In this document: one piece after another, positions 1 through 9,267 of the stretch
Layout of the letters: every line of letters starts with the position of its first letter
Position numbering within the stretch: the stretch's first letter is position 1
Assembly: GCA_035629075.1 (NCBI GenBank)
Contig: DASPIK010000086.1
Coordinates: 17,027 to 81,026 of the forward strand
Reading direction: 5' to 3'
Length of the DNA: 64,000 bases
Source: Terriglobales bacterium
GTDB taxonomy: Bacteria > Acidobacteriota > Terriglobia > Terriglobales > Acidobacteriaceae
The notes under the pieces: generated by a model
What the model was told of the DNA's origin: nothing
Databases searched by the model: none
The model's input: only the letters and a program-made list of their open reading frames with translations
Program-made: the position numbers and the translations under genes

Positions 1-306
1 AACCGTCCGCAGCACGTCCATGGGCAACGCATGCCTGGGTGCCTGCCGCAGCAGGCTGATGATAGAAGCGTCGAGTTTGCTCTCCCGCCATAGGCAGATG
101 CGAAGATCCTGCAGTTCAGCTCTTGTCGGAAGCCATCCGCGCCAGAGCAGAAAGCAGACTTCCTCGAACGTGGCCTGATCGGCCAGATCGTGAATGTCGT
201 ATCCTCGATAAGCCAACACTCCATTATCGCCATCGATGTAGCAGATGCTGGAGTTTGCGGCGGTAACGCCTTCAAGCCCGCGGCCCACAATCGGTGTGCT
301 TCCCAT
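1..306 (-). CDS. Citrate synthase family protein, N-terminal 102 codons (gene continues beyond the left edge)
   Basis: Not in the ORF track because it is truncated. Manual reverse translation from ATG at 306 gives MGSTPIVGRGLEGVTAANSSICYIDGDNGVLAYRGYDIHDLADQATFEEVCFLLWRGWLPT. This matches the citrate/2-methylcitrate synthase N-terminus (GLEGV, IDG, YRGY-I-x-DLA, FEEV..LLW.G.LP). Confidence 0.75.
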   Translation of the reverse strand, partial: MGSTPIVGRGLEGVTAANSSICYIDGDNGVLAYRGYDIHDLADQATFEEVCFLLWRGWLPTRAELQDLRICLWRESKLDASIISLLRQAPRHALPMDVLRTV

Positions 307-612
307 TGTATCCCCCTGACTCTGGATGGTCGCGCGGTTGAATGTTGTTGCCTAGCTAACGAAACACCGTTGGAATCACAGAAGCGGCGTTTACTGAGAC
401 TCCGCCGTGATTTGCCCTGCCGCGCGTTGCCTTGTATATTCCTCTGTTCCCATAGGGGCTTCGGCACGCGTGTGTGTGGCGCATCCGGTGTGTCGAGTGC
501 AAGATGCGCTGCGGATCCGCGGTTACCCAAGCGGAACTGGGGCGACACACGTTCACGCCGAAGAAACTAGACGGCTCGTTCCGCCATCTCCCCAGGAATC
601 GGAGAAAACTGC

Positions 613-2805
613 ATGATGCGTCGCGGCATTCTAATCGCAACCCTTATCTTGGCAATCGCTGGCATGGCGGTCGCGGAAGAGGGAATGTGGTTGTTCAATC
701 ACCCGCCCACAGCAAAGATCAAGGCGAAATACGGCTTTGAACTCACGCAGCCGTGGCTCGACCATACGCGCCTGTCATCTGTACGGTTTAACAACGGCGG
801 CTCGGGATCTTTCGTCTCTCCTGAAGGTCTGACCTTCACCAACCATCACGTCGCGCAGACCTGTCTTTACGGTCTCTCCAAGGAGGGCCAGGATCTCTAT
901 AAGACCGGCTTTTATGCGAAGACACGCGCTGAAGAACCCCGGTGCCCAGATCTTGAACTGAACCAGTTAGTGGGCATCGAAGACGTAACCGAGAAAGTCA
1001 ACGCCGGGATCAAGAACGACACGCCAGCAGCCGAAGCCGGCACCATCCAACGCAAGAACATGTCGCAGATTGAAAACGACTGCACGAAGAGCACCGGCAA
1101 CCGTTGCGATGTGGTCACGCTCTATGCTGGCGGTCAGTTTCATTTGTACCAGTACAAGAAGTACACGGACGTGCGCCTGGTGTTCGCGCCCGAGTTCGGC
1201 ATCGCGTTCTTCGGTGGCGATCCCGACAACTTCGAGTTCCCGCGTTACGACCTCGATGTCACGTTCTTCCGGGTCTACGAGAATGGCCAGCCTGCCAAAC
1301 TCGGCAGCAATCACTTCAAGTGGACGACGACAGGCGTAAAGGATGGCGACCTTGTATTCGTGTCCGGGCATCCAGGCTCGACCGGTCGCCTGAACACCAT
1401 GGCGCAAATGGAGTTCTTGCGGGAAGTGGCTTACCCGTGGCAATTGAAGTCGCTCGCCCGCCGTGTCGCCCTGATGAAGAACTACATGGCGCAGTCGGCG
1501 GAAAATGCTCGCCGGGCGCAAGAATTGTTGTTCGGGCTTGAGAACTCGCAGAAGGCCATCAAGGGCTACAACTCCGGCCTGCTTGACGAATCGTTGATGG
1601 CGAAGAAGGCGGCCGAAGAGAAGAAATACATCGAGTGGGTCAATGCTGATCCCAAGCGCAAGGCTGAATTCGGTGCGCCCTGGCCCGACATTGCTAAGGC
1701 CATGCAGGTCCAAAAAGAGATCTACATGCCCCTGACTTACCTCGAGCGGCGGAACGGTTTCCGCGGCACGCTTGCAGGTATCGCACGCACCCTACTCCGC
1801 GTCACGGAGGAGAAGACCAAACCCAATACTGACCGCTTGCGCGAATACCGAGAGTCGGCACTGCCGTCCCTGGAGCAATCGCTTTTCGCAGGAGACCCGA
1901 TCTACAAGGACTTCGAGGAACTTCAGCTGGCCGACTCCATGAAGGAGATGGCCGAGCAGATGCCCAATAACGCTCTGCTGGAGAAGATTCTCAACGGCCG
2001 CACGCCCGACCAAGCTGCTAAAGAGATGATCTCCGCCACTAAGTTGAACGACGTGGCAGTCCGCAAGGAACTCTACAACGGCGGCGTAAAGGCGGTTCAG
2101 GCCAGCACCGACCCGCTGATCCGGGCGATGATCCTCATCGATCCCGAAGCTCGCAAAGTTCGCAGGCAGTATGAAGACGAGGTCGAGTCGGTCGAGCGTA
2201 CCGGCGGTGCCAGACTGGCGAAAATTCGGTTTGCGCAGGAAGGTTACAGCACGGCGCCAGATGCAACTTTCACGCTCCGCCTCAGCTACGGTGCGGTAAA
2301 AGGATTTGTCGAGGACGGCCGCGGCAGCATCGCCAAAAAGGGCGAGAAGGTTCCGTACTTCACCACGATTGACGGGGCTTTCAAGCATGCGGATGCGCAC
2401 GGTAACAAAGCACCTTGGGAATTGCCGCCAAGCTGGATCAAAGCAAAAGGCAAGCTGAATGGCCAAACGCCGCTGAACTTTGTCTCGACGCCTGACATCA
2501 TTGGCGGCAACTCGGGTTCACCGGTCGTCAACAAGGCTGGTGAAGTCGTAGGCATCATCTTCGACGGCAACATACAGTCGCTCCCGTGGCGCTTCCAGTA
2601 CGAAGACGTTGTCGGACGCGCCGTGAGCGTTGACGCCCGCGGCATCATCGAGGCGCTCCGAAACATCTATGGCGCCGGTGCACTCGCCGATGAACTGACC
2701 AGGGGTGCAAAGGCTGCTTCTGGCCCTAAGACCGTTACCCACAAAAAGAACGGCAGAAAAGCTATTGAGCAAAAGGCAACGGTCAAAGCAGAACCCAAGC
2801 AGTAG
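613..2805 (+). CDS. Peptidase S46 family dipeptidyl-peptidase (DPP7/DPP11-like), secreted
   Basis: 730-aa ORF. A signal peptide is followed by AEEGMWLFNHPP (S46 N-terminal hallmark). TNHHV marks the catalytic His region and GGNSGSPVVN the catalytic Ser near the C-terminus. Confidence 0.85.
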   Translation: MMRRGILIATLILAIAGMAVAEEGMWLFNHPPTAKIKAKYGFELTQPWLDHTRLSSVRFNNGGSGSFVSPEGLTFTNHHVAQTCLYGLSKEGQDLYKTGFYAKTRAEEPRCPDLELNQLVGIEDVTEKVNAGIKNDTPAAEAGTIQRKNMSQIENDCTKSTGNRCDVVTLYAGGQFHLYQYKKYTDVRLVFAPEFGIAFFGGDPDNFEFPRYDLDVTFFRVYENGQPAKLGSNHFKWTTTGVKDGDLVFVSGHPGSTGRLNTMAQMEFLREVAYPWQLKSLARRVALMKNYMAQSAENARRAQELLFGLENSQKAIKGYNSGLLDESLMAKKAAEEKKYIEWVNADPKRKAEFGAPWPDIAKAMQVQKEIYMPLTYLERRNGFRGTLAGIARTLLRVTEEKTKPNTDRLREYRESALPSLEQSLFAGDPIYKDFEELQLADSMKEMAEQMPNNALLEKILNGRTPDQAAKEMISATKLNDVAVRKELYNGGVKAVQASTDPLIRAMILIDPEARKVRRQYEDEVESVERTGGARLAKIRFAQEGYSTAPDATFTLRLSYGAVKGFVEDGRGSIAKKGEKVPYFTTIDGAFKHADAHGNKAPWELPPSWIKAKGKLNGQTPLNFVSTPDIIGGNSGSPVVNKAGEVVGIIFDGNIQSLPWRFQYEDVVGRAVSVDARGIIEALRNIYGAGALADELTRGAKAASGPKTVTHKKNGRKAIEQKATVKAEPKQ

Positions 2806-2828
2806 CGATTGAGCCATGAGAGCGGCGG

Positions 2829-2865
2829 GCCGCACCCTTTTCCTCGTTCATGGGGAGGGTGCGGC
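2829..2865 (+). terminator. Hairpin downstream of the S46 peptidase gene (possible terminator)
   Basis: gccgcaccc (2829-2837) pairs with gggtgcggc (2857-2865), about 25 nt after the stop codon. There is no clean U-tract. Confidence 0.3.
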
Positions 2866-3049
2866 TCCGCTGTGTTACCAATTCATCAGGCAGGTTCCTC
2901 TAAAGCTGCTTATAGCTGATCAGACACGTTCCACTGAGGGCTGAGAGCTGATGGCTGGCAGCTGGCTTACCCAATGCCCGCAAAGTACCCCGTAAGTTGG
3001 ATAGAAAGAGCCACTTTCACCTTTTCTTCGCCTGCGCTAGAATGCGCGG

Positions 3050-4294
3050 GTGGACCTATCCTCCAAGCTCCGAATATTGGCCGACGCGGCGAAGTACGAC
3101 GCTTCTTGCGCCAGTAGCGGCGCTCGCCGGGCAAATGACGGGAAGAGCCTCGGCAGCAATTCCGGATGCGGCGTCTGCCACAGCTACACGCCTGACGGCC
3201 GTTGCATTTCTCTGCTGAAGGTCCTGCTGACGAACTACTGCATCTACGATTGCGTCTTCTGCGTCAATCGGGTTTCCAGTGACATCGAGCGCACCCGCTT
3301 CACACCCGCAGAGGTTATTAACCTCACGCTCGACTTTTACCGGCGCAACTACATCGAAGGGCTATTTCTCAGCTCGGGAATCATTCAGTCGCCCGACTAC
3401 ACGATGGAGCAACTCATCACCGTTGCACGGACGCTCCGGACCGAGCACCGATTCGCCGGCTACATTCACCTGAAGGCAATTCCCGGCTCTTCCACACTCT
3501 TGCTGGATGAAGCTGGCCGCTGGGCCGACCGCCTGAGCGCCAACATCGAACTGCCCACGCAAACTGATCTGGATACTCTCGCACCAGAGAAGCAGGTTCC
3601 GGTCATTGAATCGACCATGCAGGAGATCAAGATGAAGGCGGAGGAAAGCCGGGTCGAGAGAAAGAGAACCCGCCGTGCGCCTCGCTTTGCGCCTGCCGGG
3701 CAGAGCACGCAGCTCATCGTGGGTGCGACACCCAGCACAGATTCGCAAATCCTGCGCACGGCTGACCGGCTTTACGGCAGCTATGGTTTGCGGCGCGTTT
3801 ACTACTCCGCCTTTAGTCCGTTCCCAAAAGCTGACGCGCGATTACCTATCCAGGCTCCGCCTCTTCTGCGCGAGCATCGCCTGTATCAGGCGGATTGGCT
3901 GCTCCGGTACTACGGCTTCACGATCAGCGAAGTCACCGAGGAACCGAATCTCGACATGGAACGTGACCCTAAGCTTGCATGGGCACTCCGACATCGCGAG
4001 TTCTTCCCTATCGACATCAACAATGCTTCGCGCGAAGCATTGTTGCGCGTGCCCGGACTGGGATATCGCAACGCCAACCGTATTCTTTCCATTCGTCGCT
4101 ATCACCGCCTCACTCTGGCTGATTTGGCAAAGTTACGCGTGGCACTCACCCGCTTGAAGCCCTTCGTCATCACGGCAGATTTCAATCCCGATGCACTGCA
4201 GCTCGACCGTGCGGATCTGCCGCAGCGAATTGTGCAGCCGCAACAGATGGGCCTATTCCAATCGGCGCTTGAGGCGCAGTCGGGTGAGTTGTGA
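3050..4294 (+). CDS. Putative DNA modification/repair radical SAM protein with C-terminal helix-hairpin-helix
   Basis: 414-aa ORF with GTG start. It has the radical-SAM cluster motif CIYDCVFC and the C-terminal HhH LLRVPGLGYRNANRIL. Its stop overlaps the start of the next ORF by 4 nt. Confidence 0.85.
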   Translation: MDLSSKLRILADAAKYDASCASSGARRANDGKSLGSNSGCGVCHSYTPDGRCISLLKVLLTNYCIYDCVFCVNRVSSDIERTRFTPAEVINLTLDFYRRNYIEGLFLSSGIIQSPDYTMEQLITVARTLRTEHRFAGYIHLKAIPGSSTLLLDEAGRWADRLSANIELPTQTDLDTLAPEKQVPVIESTMQEIKMKAEESRVERKRTRRAPRFAPAGQSTQLIVGATPSTDSQILRTADRLYGSYGLRRVYYSAFSPFPKADARLPIQAPPLLREHRLYQADWLLRYYGFTISEVTEEPNLDMERDPKLAWALRHREFFPIDINNASREALLRVPGLGYRNANRILSIRRYHRLTLADLAKLRVALTRLKPFVITADFNPDALQLDRADLPQRIVQPQQMGLFQSALEAQSGEL

Positions 4295-5715
4295 GACAGG
4301 TTGAGATAACCCGCAGCTTCAAGGCATGGCAGTACGCCGCGCGCGACTTGCTGCGCAATGGGGTCCCGCCGAGCGAAGTGATTTGGCACGAACGAGCGGC
4401 ACAACAATCTGCTTTGTTCGCGCAGAACGCAACGACGCGCGTTGATGCCAACAACACGGCCGGTTCCAGCGAAATCCGCGTTCCCGCTCGATTCCTCGAT
4501 GTCGCCAAACACGTAGCCGCGCATAGGACTGCCTCGAAATGGGCTTCGCTCTATACCGTCTTGTGGCGAATCGTGCATGAAAACCGGAATCTGTTACGTG
4601 TGCAAGTCGATCCTGACGTCGAAAGCCTCCTGCGAATGGATCGAGAGGTGCGTCACGACGCTCATCGAATGCAGGGTTTTTTGCGCTTCCGCAAGGTCTT
4701 GAACGATGGCTCTGACTATTACGTCGCGTGGTACCGACCGGACCACTACGTAGTTCCAATGGTCGCGCCGTTCTTCGCGAACCGGTTCAGCACGATGAGA
4801 TGGTCGATACTGACGCCGGATTGCTCCGCAGATTGGAACGGCTCCGAGTTGCGATTCGGCCCTGGCGTAGATCGCACTCGTGCTCCTGCCGATGATGAAC
4901 TCGAAAAACTGTGGCGCACCTACTACCAGGCGACTTACAACCCGGCGCGCACGAATGTGAAGCTCATGCGACAGGAGATGCCAGCACGGCACTGGGCCAC
5001 GCTGCCCGAAGCCGACGCGATTGCTCAGGCCCTAATTGACGCACCGCACCGCATTCACCGCATGGAAGAGGCGGCGAAGCAAGCGCCTAGCGCACTGTCT
5101 CTTGTTCCGGCAACGAGCAGCCTAGATGAGCTCCGCGCCGCCGCCACCCACTGTGATGGGTGCCCGCTGCACCGATGTGCCACCCAGACCGTATTTGGCG
5201 AAGGTCCGCAGCAGGCGCGCGTGGTCCTCATCGGCGAGCAGCCCGGGGATCAGGAGGATCTCGCAGGCAAGCCTTTCGTTGGCCCTGCGGGTGAGGTGCT
5301 TGATCGTGCGCTGCGCGAAGCTGGTCTCAATCGTTCCGCGATCTACATTACGAACGCCGTCAAGCACTTCAAGTTTGTCGAGCGTGGAAAGCGCCGCCTG
5401 CATCAGACGCCCAGGCCTCTGGAAGTCGTGGCCTGCCGGCCATGGCTCGAGGCGGAACTTCGTGTGATCCGCCCCGAGATAATCGTCTGCCTTGGATCGA
5501 CTGCCTCACGATCGCTTTTGGGAGCGACATTTCAGCTTATGCGCGAGCGTGGCCGCTTTCTTCAGACACGCTGGGCTCCCAAACTCATCGCTACCCTCCA
5601 TCCCTCGGCCGTGTTGCGGGCTGGCGTGGACGAAGACCAGCAACGCGCGTACGAAATGCTTCGCGACGACTTACGCGTGGTGGCGGGCGAGCTTAAGCGC
5701 ACCACCTCTGACTAA
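4291..5715 (+). CDS. DUF4130-like domain fused to a UdgX-type (family 4-like) uracil-DNA glycosylase domain
   Basis: 474 aa. The N-terminal half carries YVAWYRPDHYVV, WSILTPD and LWRTYYQATYNPAR. The C-terminal half carries FGEGP, GEQPGDQEDLAGKPFVGPAGEVL, the KRRLH loop, HPS and Fe-S cysteines (CDGC, ACRPW, VCLG). Confidence 0.85.
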   Translation: MRQVEITRSFKAWQYAARDLLRNGVPPSEVIWHERAAQQSALFAQNATTRVDANNTAGSSEIRVPARFLDVAKHVAAHRTASKWASLYTVLWRIVHENRNLLRVQVDPDVESLLRMDREVRHDAHRMQGFLRFRKVLNDGSDYYVAWYRPDHYVVPMVAPFFANRFSTMRWSILTPDCSADWNGSELRFGPGVDRTRAPADDELEKLWRTYYQATYNPARTNVKLMRQEMPARHWATLPEADAIAQALIDAPHRIHRMEEAAKQAPSALSLVPATSSLDELRAAATHCDGCPLHRCATQTVFGEGPQQARVVLIGEQPGDQEDLAGKPFVGPAGEVLDRALREAGLNRSAIYITNAVKHFKFVERGKRRLHQTPRPLEVVACRPWLEAELRVIRPEIIVCLGSTASRSLLGATFQLMRERGRFLQTRWAPKLIATLHPSAVLRAGVDEDQQRAYEMLRDDLRVVAGELKRTTSD

Positions 5716-6109
5716 GCCGCGTCCCGCTTCTGCGTACTGGAGTTCTTTCGCGACGAGGCATTCGCTTTCCGAGGCTCCCCAAGATGTTGCGCAGCGCTCT
5801 TTCTCGTGTGCGGGTGCTCCGCCTGCCAATTGCTAAGCTGACGCTTTCGCTTAGCCCGGAACCCCTGCTCGCTTGGTGTTAGCTTGGATTCCGCTTTCGG
5901 TCTGCAACTGTGCCCTGTTCGTGTTGTTTCTTGCCTTTCACAGGCTCGTAGCCGGGGCAGCAACGGTTCTCATTTTTTGCCATTACCGTAAGACTGGACC
6001 GGTCAGGCGCGACGTTGTCAGACGCTGCGAGCAGCGAGTTTCTCGTTTTACCGCAAGGAAAGAAAAACCGCGCCATAGTCGGGCGGTGAAAAATCCTTTG
6101 TGGTCGGAG

Positions 6110-6676
6110 CTAAGCCACCTGCTGCCGCTGTTTCTGCTCCGAAAACACCGCGATCATTTCGCGATTGAACGCTGGAATGTCAGTCGGCTGACGGCTGCTC
6201 ACCCAGTTACGATCCCGCACGCATTCCTGATCGACCCAGTCCGCTCCTGCGTTCTTGAGATCATCCTGGATTGTGTGATAGCTCGTCATTCGACGGCCCT
6301 TCACCAACCCAGCCGACACCAACAGCCATGGCCCGTGGCAGATCACGGCTATCGGCTTTCCGGAGCGATCTATCTTGCGCACGAATTCCTGCGCCATCTT
6401 GTTGACGCGCAGATTGTCGGCGTTGAGAGCGCCGCCCGGCAGAAGTACTGCGTCAAAGTCGTCAGGATTGGCACGGTCAAGACCCATGTCCACTTTGATC
6501 TTGTCTGCTTTCTCATCGTGTTTAAAACCCTGTACTTCGCCTTGTTTCGGCGAGACGACCAGAGCTTTTGCACCAGCACTTTCCAATGCTTTCCTCGGTT
6601 CGGTCAATTCTGATTGCTCGAAGTCGTCGGTCACCAGAATGGCGACACGCATTCCATCCAGTTGATTTCCGGCCAT
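6110..6676 (-). CDS. DJ-1/PfpI family protein (intracellular protease / general stress protein 18-like)
   Basis: 188 aa with RVAILVTDDFEQSELTEP and the nucleophile elbow IAVICHGPWLL, typical of PfpI/YhbO class I glutamine-amidotransferase-like proteins. Confidence 0.85.
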   Translation of the reverse strand: MAGNQLDGMRVAILVTDDFEQSELTEPRKALESAGAKALVVSPKQGEVQGFKHDEKADKIKVDMGLDRANPDDFDAVLLPGGALNADNLRVNKMAQEFVRKIDRSGKPIAVICHGPWLLVSAGLVKGRRMTSYHTIQDDLKNAGADWVDQECVRDRNWVSSRQPTDIPAFNREMIAVFSEQKQRQQVA

Positions 6677-6793
6677 TGCCGTCTCTCCTTCTTGGAATCA
6701 GCAGTGTCTGAGTATTAGGTTTGGGTGTATGGTGTTTGATGCGATAGACAGTGCCCTCAGCACTACAACCCCGTTCCATCCGCCAACTAAGGA

Positions 6794-9166
6794 CTATTTG
6801 CCGCCAGTGACCGCGATCGGAGCCGAAAGCACTCGCGCCGAATTCCGCGGTTTACGAGGAGTAGTTTTCCAAAGCGCAGCGGCCTCGGCGTTGTCGCCGG
6901 AGCGGTAGTAGGCTTCCGAAAGATGCTGGCGGATCGCAGCAAGTTCCTTAAGATTTGTGTTCTTCTGAGAGGCGAACAGAACGGCCTTCTTCAGCACGGC
7001 GACGGCCTGCGAGTACTCGCGACGTTTCAGATGGACGAAGCCGAGAGTGTCCAGCACTTGAGCACTGTCAGGACGCAGTGTCCGTGCGTGGAGTGCCAGC
7101 GAAATAGCGCGGTCGAGATCTTTCCCTTCGTTCGCCAACAGCCACGCCAGGTTGTTTGCAGCTATACCCGAAGCATCGCCCTCGCGAACGGCGAGATCGT
7201 ACTCGCGAATAGCTGCGGGCACGTTCCGCTCCTCCTCGGCGCGCACAGCGCGGAGCACGGCAGATCGGCTTCCGCCAATCGCAGAACCCGCAGCCAACGC
7301 AGAGACGTAGTCACCCCGGTTCGCCTGTATGCCGGCGAGCAGAGCCGCTGAGGTAGCGCGTTTCGGGTCTACGGACAATGCTCGCTGGAAGCACCGGCGG
7401 GCATCGGCGTGCCATCCGCGTTCCGCATAGATTCGGCCAGCGATCTCCCACAGGGGAGCGGATGCAGGCGGCATCTCGGCGATCCGCTCCAATTTGGCGA
7501 GCATGGGTTTGGTGATTTTGCCGCGACGATACACCCGTGAAAGACCCTCCAGCGCTTCTTCTGAACGCGGTTCCAAAGCAATCGCCTGTTCGAAAGCTCC
7601 GAGCGCTGAAGGTATGTTTCCTTGCGCCAGAGCAATTTTCCCAAGCGTGACGTGCGGTTCCGCGTTGCCAGTGTCCAGTTTGATAGCTCGACGAGCAATC
7701 AATGCTGCGGACTCGTATCGCCGCTGTTCCGCCAGCACCCGGGCGAACAAGTTCAGCGCCTGTACGTTGCCCGGTTCTTCGCGAACTACCGAAATCACGT
7801 ACTCCTCCGCTCCAGAAGAATCGCCGGTCCTGAGTGCGTCCGCCGCCAACGCGAGCCGCGCCGGAACATAAGACGGGTCCTGCTCGTACGAGGTCGTAAA
7901 GTCTGTGCGAGCATTGGCGGTTTCTCCCCGCAGGTACTTAACTACCCCGCGGACGTAATGCGCTGAGGGTGAACTGGGAGCCTGCGCGACCGCGCCCTCG
8001 GCGTGTACTGCCGCCTTCGTGAGATTCCGTTCCGCGATGGCGATTTCCGCTTCCAGCGTGCTGACGGTTGCCGGGTCAAGTTCCTGTCGATACTGCTCCA
8101 GGTGCAGACGCGCGGCAGCGGTCGCATTCTCGGGCACCTCTGCACCCGCCCCCTTGCCCCCGGCCTGGAGGTCGGCCTCTATAACGCGCGCAGCAACCGA
8201 TGCGCGGTTCGCTGCAGTTTCCGGAGCGAACTTCCCCGCTCTCGACCAGAGCCAGCCCGTCCGGACCTTCTTCTCCATGGGCGGAGAGCGGAGCGCGATC
8301 GTATATCGATCAAGAGCCGAGATCGGCTGGCCCGAGATGAACTTGAAATCCGAGAGCGCGATCGGCAGATCCGGTCGCAGGCGATCGGCATGCGCCAATA
8401 TCTTCTCGGCATCGCCGACTCTCGAAGTACGTTGCAGGAATTGCGCGAGTCGCAGATTCGCTTCTACGGTATCCTCGGCAGCGACCGCATTACGATAAGC
8501 CTGCTCCGCAGCCCCGGCATCCCCTTCCTGCTCTTCGAGCCGTCCCAAGGCCAGCCACGGCCTGGAACTGGCAGGTTGGGCCGCCGCTGCCTGCCTCAGA
8601 ACTCTTCTCGCATCTTCGACTCGGTCTTCGCGGTTGTAGATGTCAGCCAGAGCAACAGCAACGTTCACCCTCTGCGGATCCGATTCCAGCACGCGCTCAA
8701 ACGCCTTTTGTGCCAGGCGCGTGTCGCCCACTGCCGAAGAGGCTGCCCCTAGCAGGGCGAGACCATCCACGTTGGCCGACGCAAGTTGCAGGACCGTATG
8801 CGCTTGTTCCGTCGCACGTTGCGCAGCCCCGCCGGCCAGATAGATTTCCCCAAGGCGAAGATGGGCCGGTACGTTCTTCGCATCAGTTTCGGCAGCGGCC
8901 TGAAACGCCGCGAAAGCTTCGTTCACCTTGTCCAATCGCCAGAAACATTCGCCCATCCGAAAATAGACCTGCGAGCGCAGATGGTGATCACTGGCGGGAA
9001 TGTGCGCGAGTAGTGCGGCGTACTTGGACAGCGCCTTCTCGGTGCTTCCCTGCTTCTCAAACTGATAGGCACGCTCAAAACGATAACGAGAGACGCTGGA
9101 GCAACCGGTACCAAGACCGATGATGACCGCGAGAAAGACAAAGGAAAGTAGTATCCGACGGGACAT
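6794..9166 (-). CDS. TPR-repeat lipoprotein
   Basis: 790 aa. Signal peptide with lipobox-like LGTGCSS, then many Ala/Leu/Tyr-rich 34-aa TPR-like repeats throughout. Confidence 0.8.
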   Translation of the reverse strand: MSRRILLSFVFLAVIIGLGTGCSSVSRYRFERAYQFEKQGSTEKALSKYAALLAHIPASDHHLRSQVYFRMGECFWRLDKVNEAFAAFQAAAETDAKNVPAHLRLGEIYLAGGAAQRATEQAHTVLQLASANVDGLALLGAASSAVGDTRLAQKAFERVLESDPQRVNVAVALADIYNREDRVEDARRVLRQAAAAQPASSRPWLALGRLEEQEGDAGAAEQAYRNAVAAEDTVEANLRLAQFLQRTSRVGDAEKILAHADRLRPDLPIALSDFKFISGQPISALDRYTIALRSPPMEKKVRTGWLWSRAGKFAPETAANRASVAARVIEADLQAGGKGAGAEVPENATAAARLHLEQYRQELDPATVSTLEAEIAIAERNLTKAAVHAEGAVAQAPSSPSAHYVRGVVKYLRGETANARTDFTTSYEQDPSYVPARLALAADALRTGDSSGAEEYVISVVREEPGNVQALNLFARVLAEQRRYESAALIARRAIKLDTGNAEPHVTLGKIALAQGNIPSALGAFEQAIALEPRSEEALEGLSRVYRRGKITKPMLAKLERIAEMPPASAPLWEIAGRIYAERGWHADARRCFQRALSVDPKRATSAALLAGIQANRGDYVSALAAGSAIGGSRSAVLRAVRAEEERNVPAAIREYDLAVREGDASGIAANNLAWLLANEGKDLDRAISLALHARTLRPDSAQVLDTLGFVHLKRREYSQAVAVLKKAVLFASQKNTNLKELAAIRQHLSEAYYRSGDNAEAAALWKTTPRKPRNSARVLSAPIAVTGGK

Positions 9167-9267
9167 GAACGCCGCTCAGCCAGAGCGTGTCCGTAAGATG
9201 AGCAGCGTTTCGTTAGAGATGCAATTGGGCCTGCTTTTAAGTTCGCCGTACAGGCAACTGCCTGGCG

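Noticed and set aside
967-2466. 248-aa and 224-aa minus-strand ORFs (967-1713, 1792-2466)
   Set aside because: Both lie antisense inside the S46 peptidase gene and have no recognisable motifs, so they are shadow ORFs.
2840-3050. Search for an SOS (LexA) box upstream of the radical-SAM/UdgX pair
   Set aside because: I found no GTTC-N7-GTTC, CTGT-N8-ACAG or GAAC-N4-GTTC type palindrome by eye. I cannot exclude a lineage-specific LexA motif, so no regulatory claim is made.
5712-6076. Small, very basic minus-strand ORFs (83 aa and 65 aa) in the 394-bp gap between the UdgX-fusion gene and the PfpI gene
   Set aside because: They have no ribosome-binding site, are low-complexity Arg/Lys/Ser-rich, and consist of two mutually exclusive frames with no family resemblance. 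The region may be non-coding convergent-terminator space or a degraded gene. Transcript data would be needed to say more.
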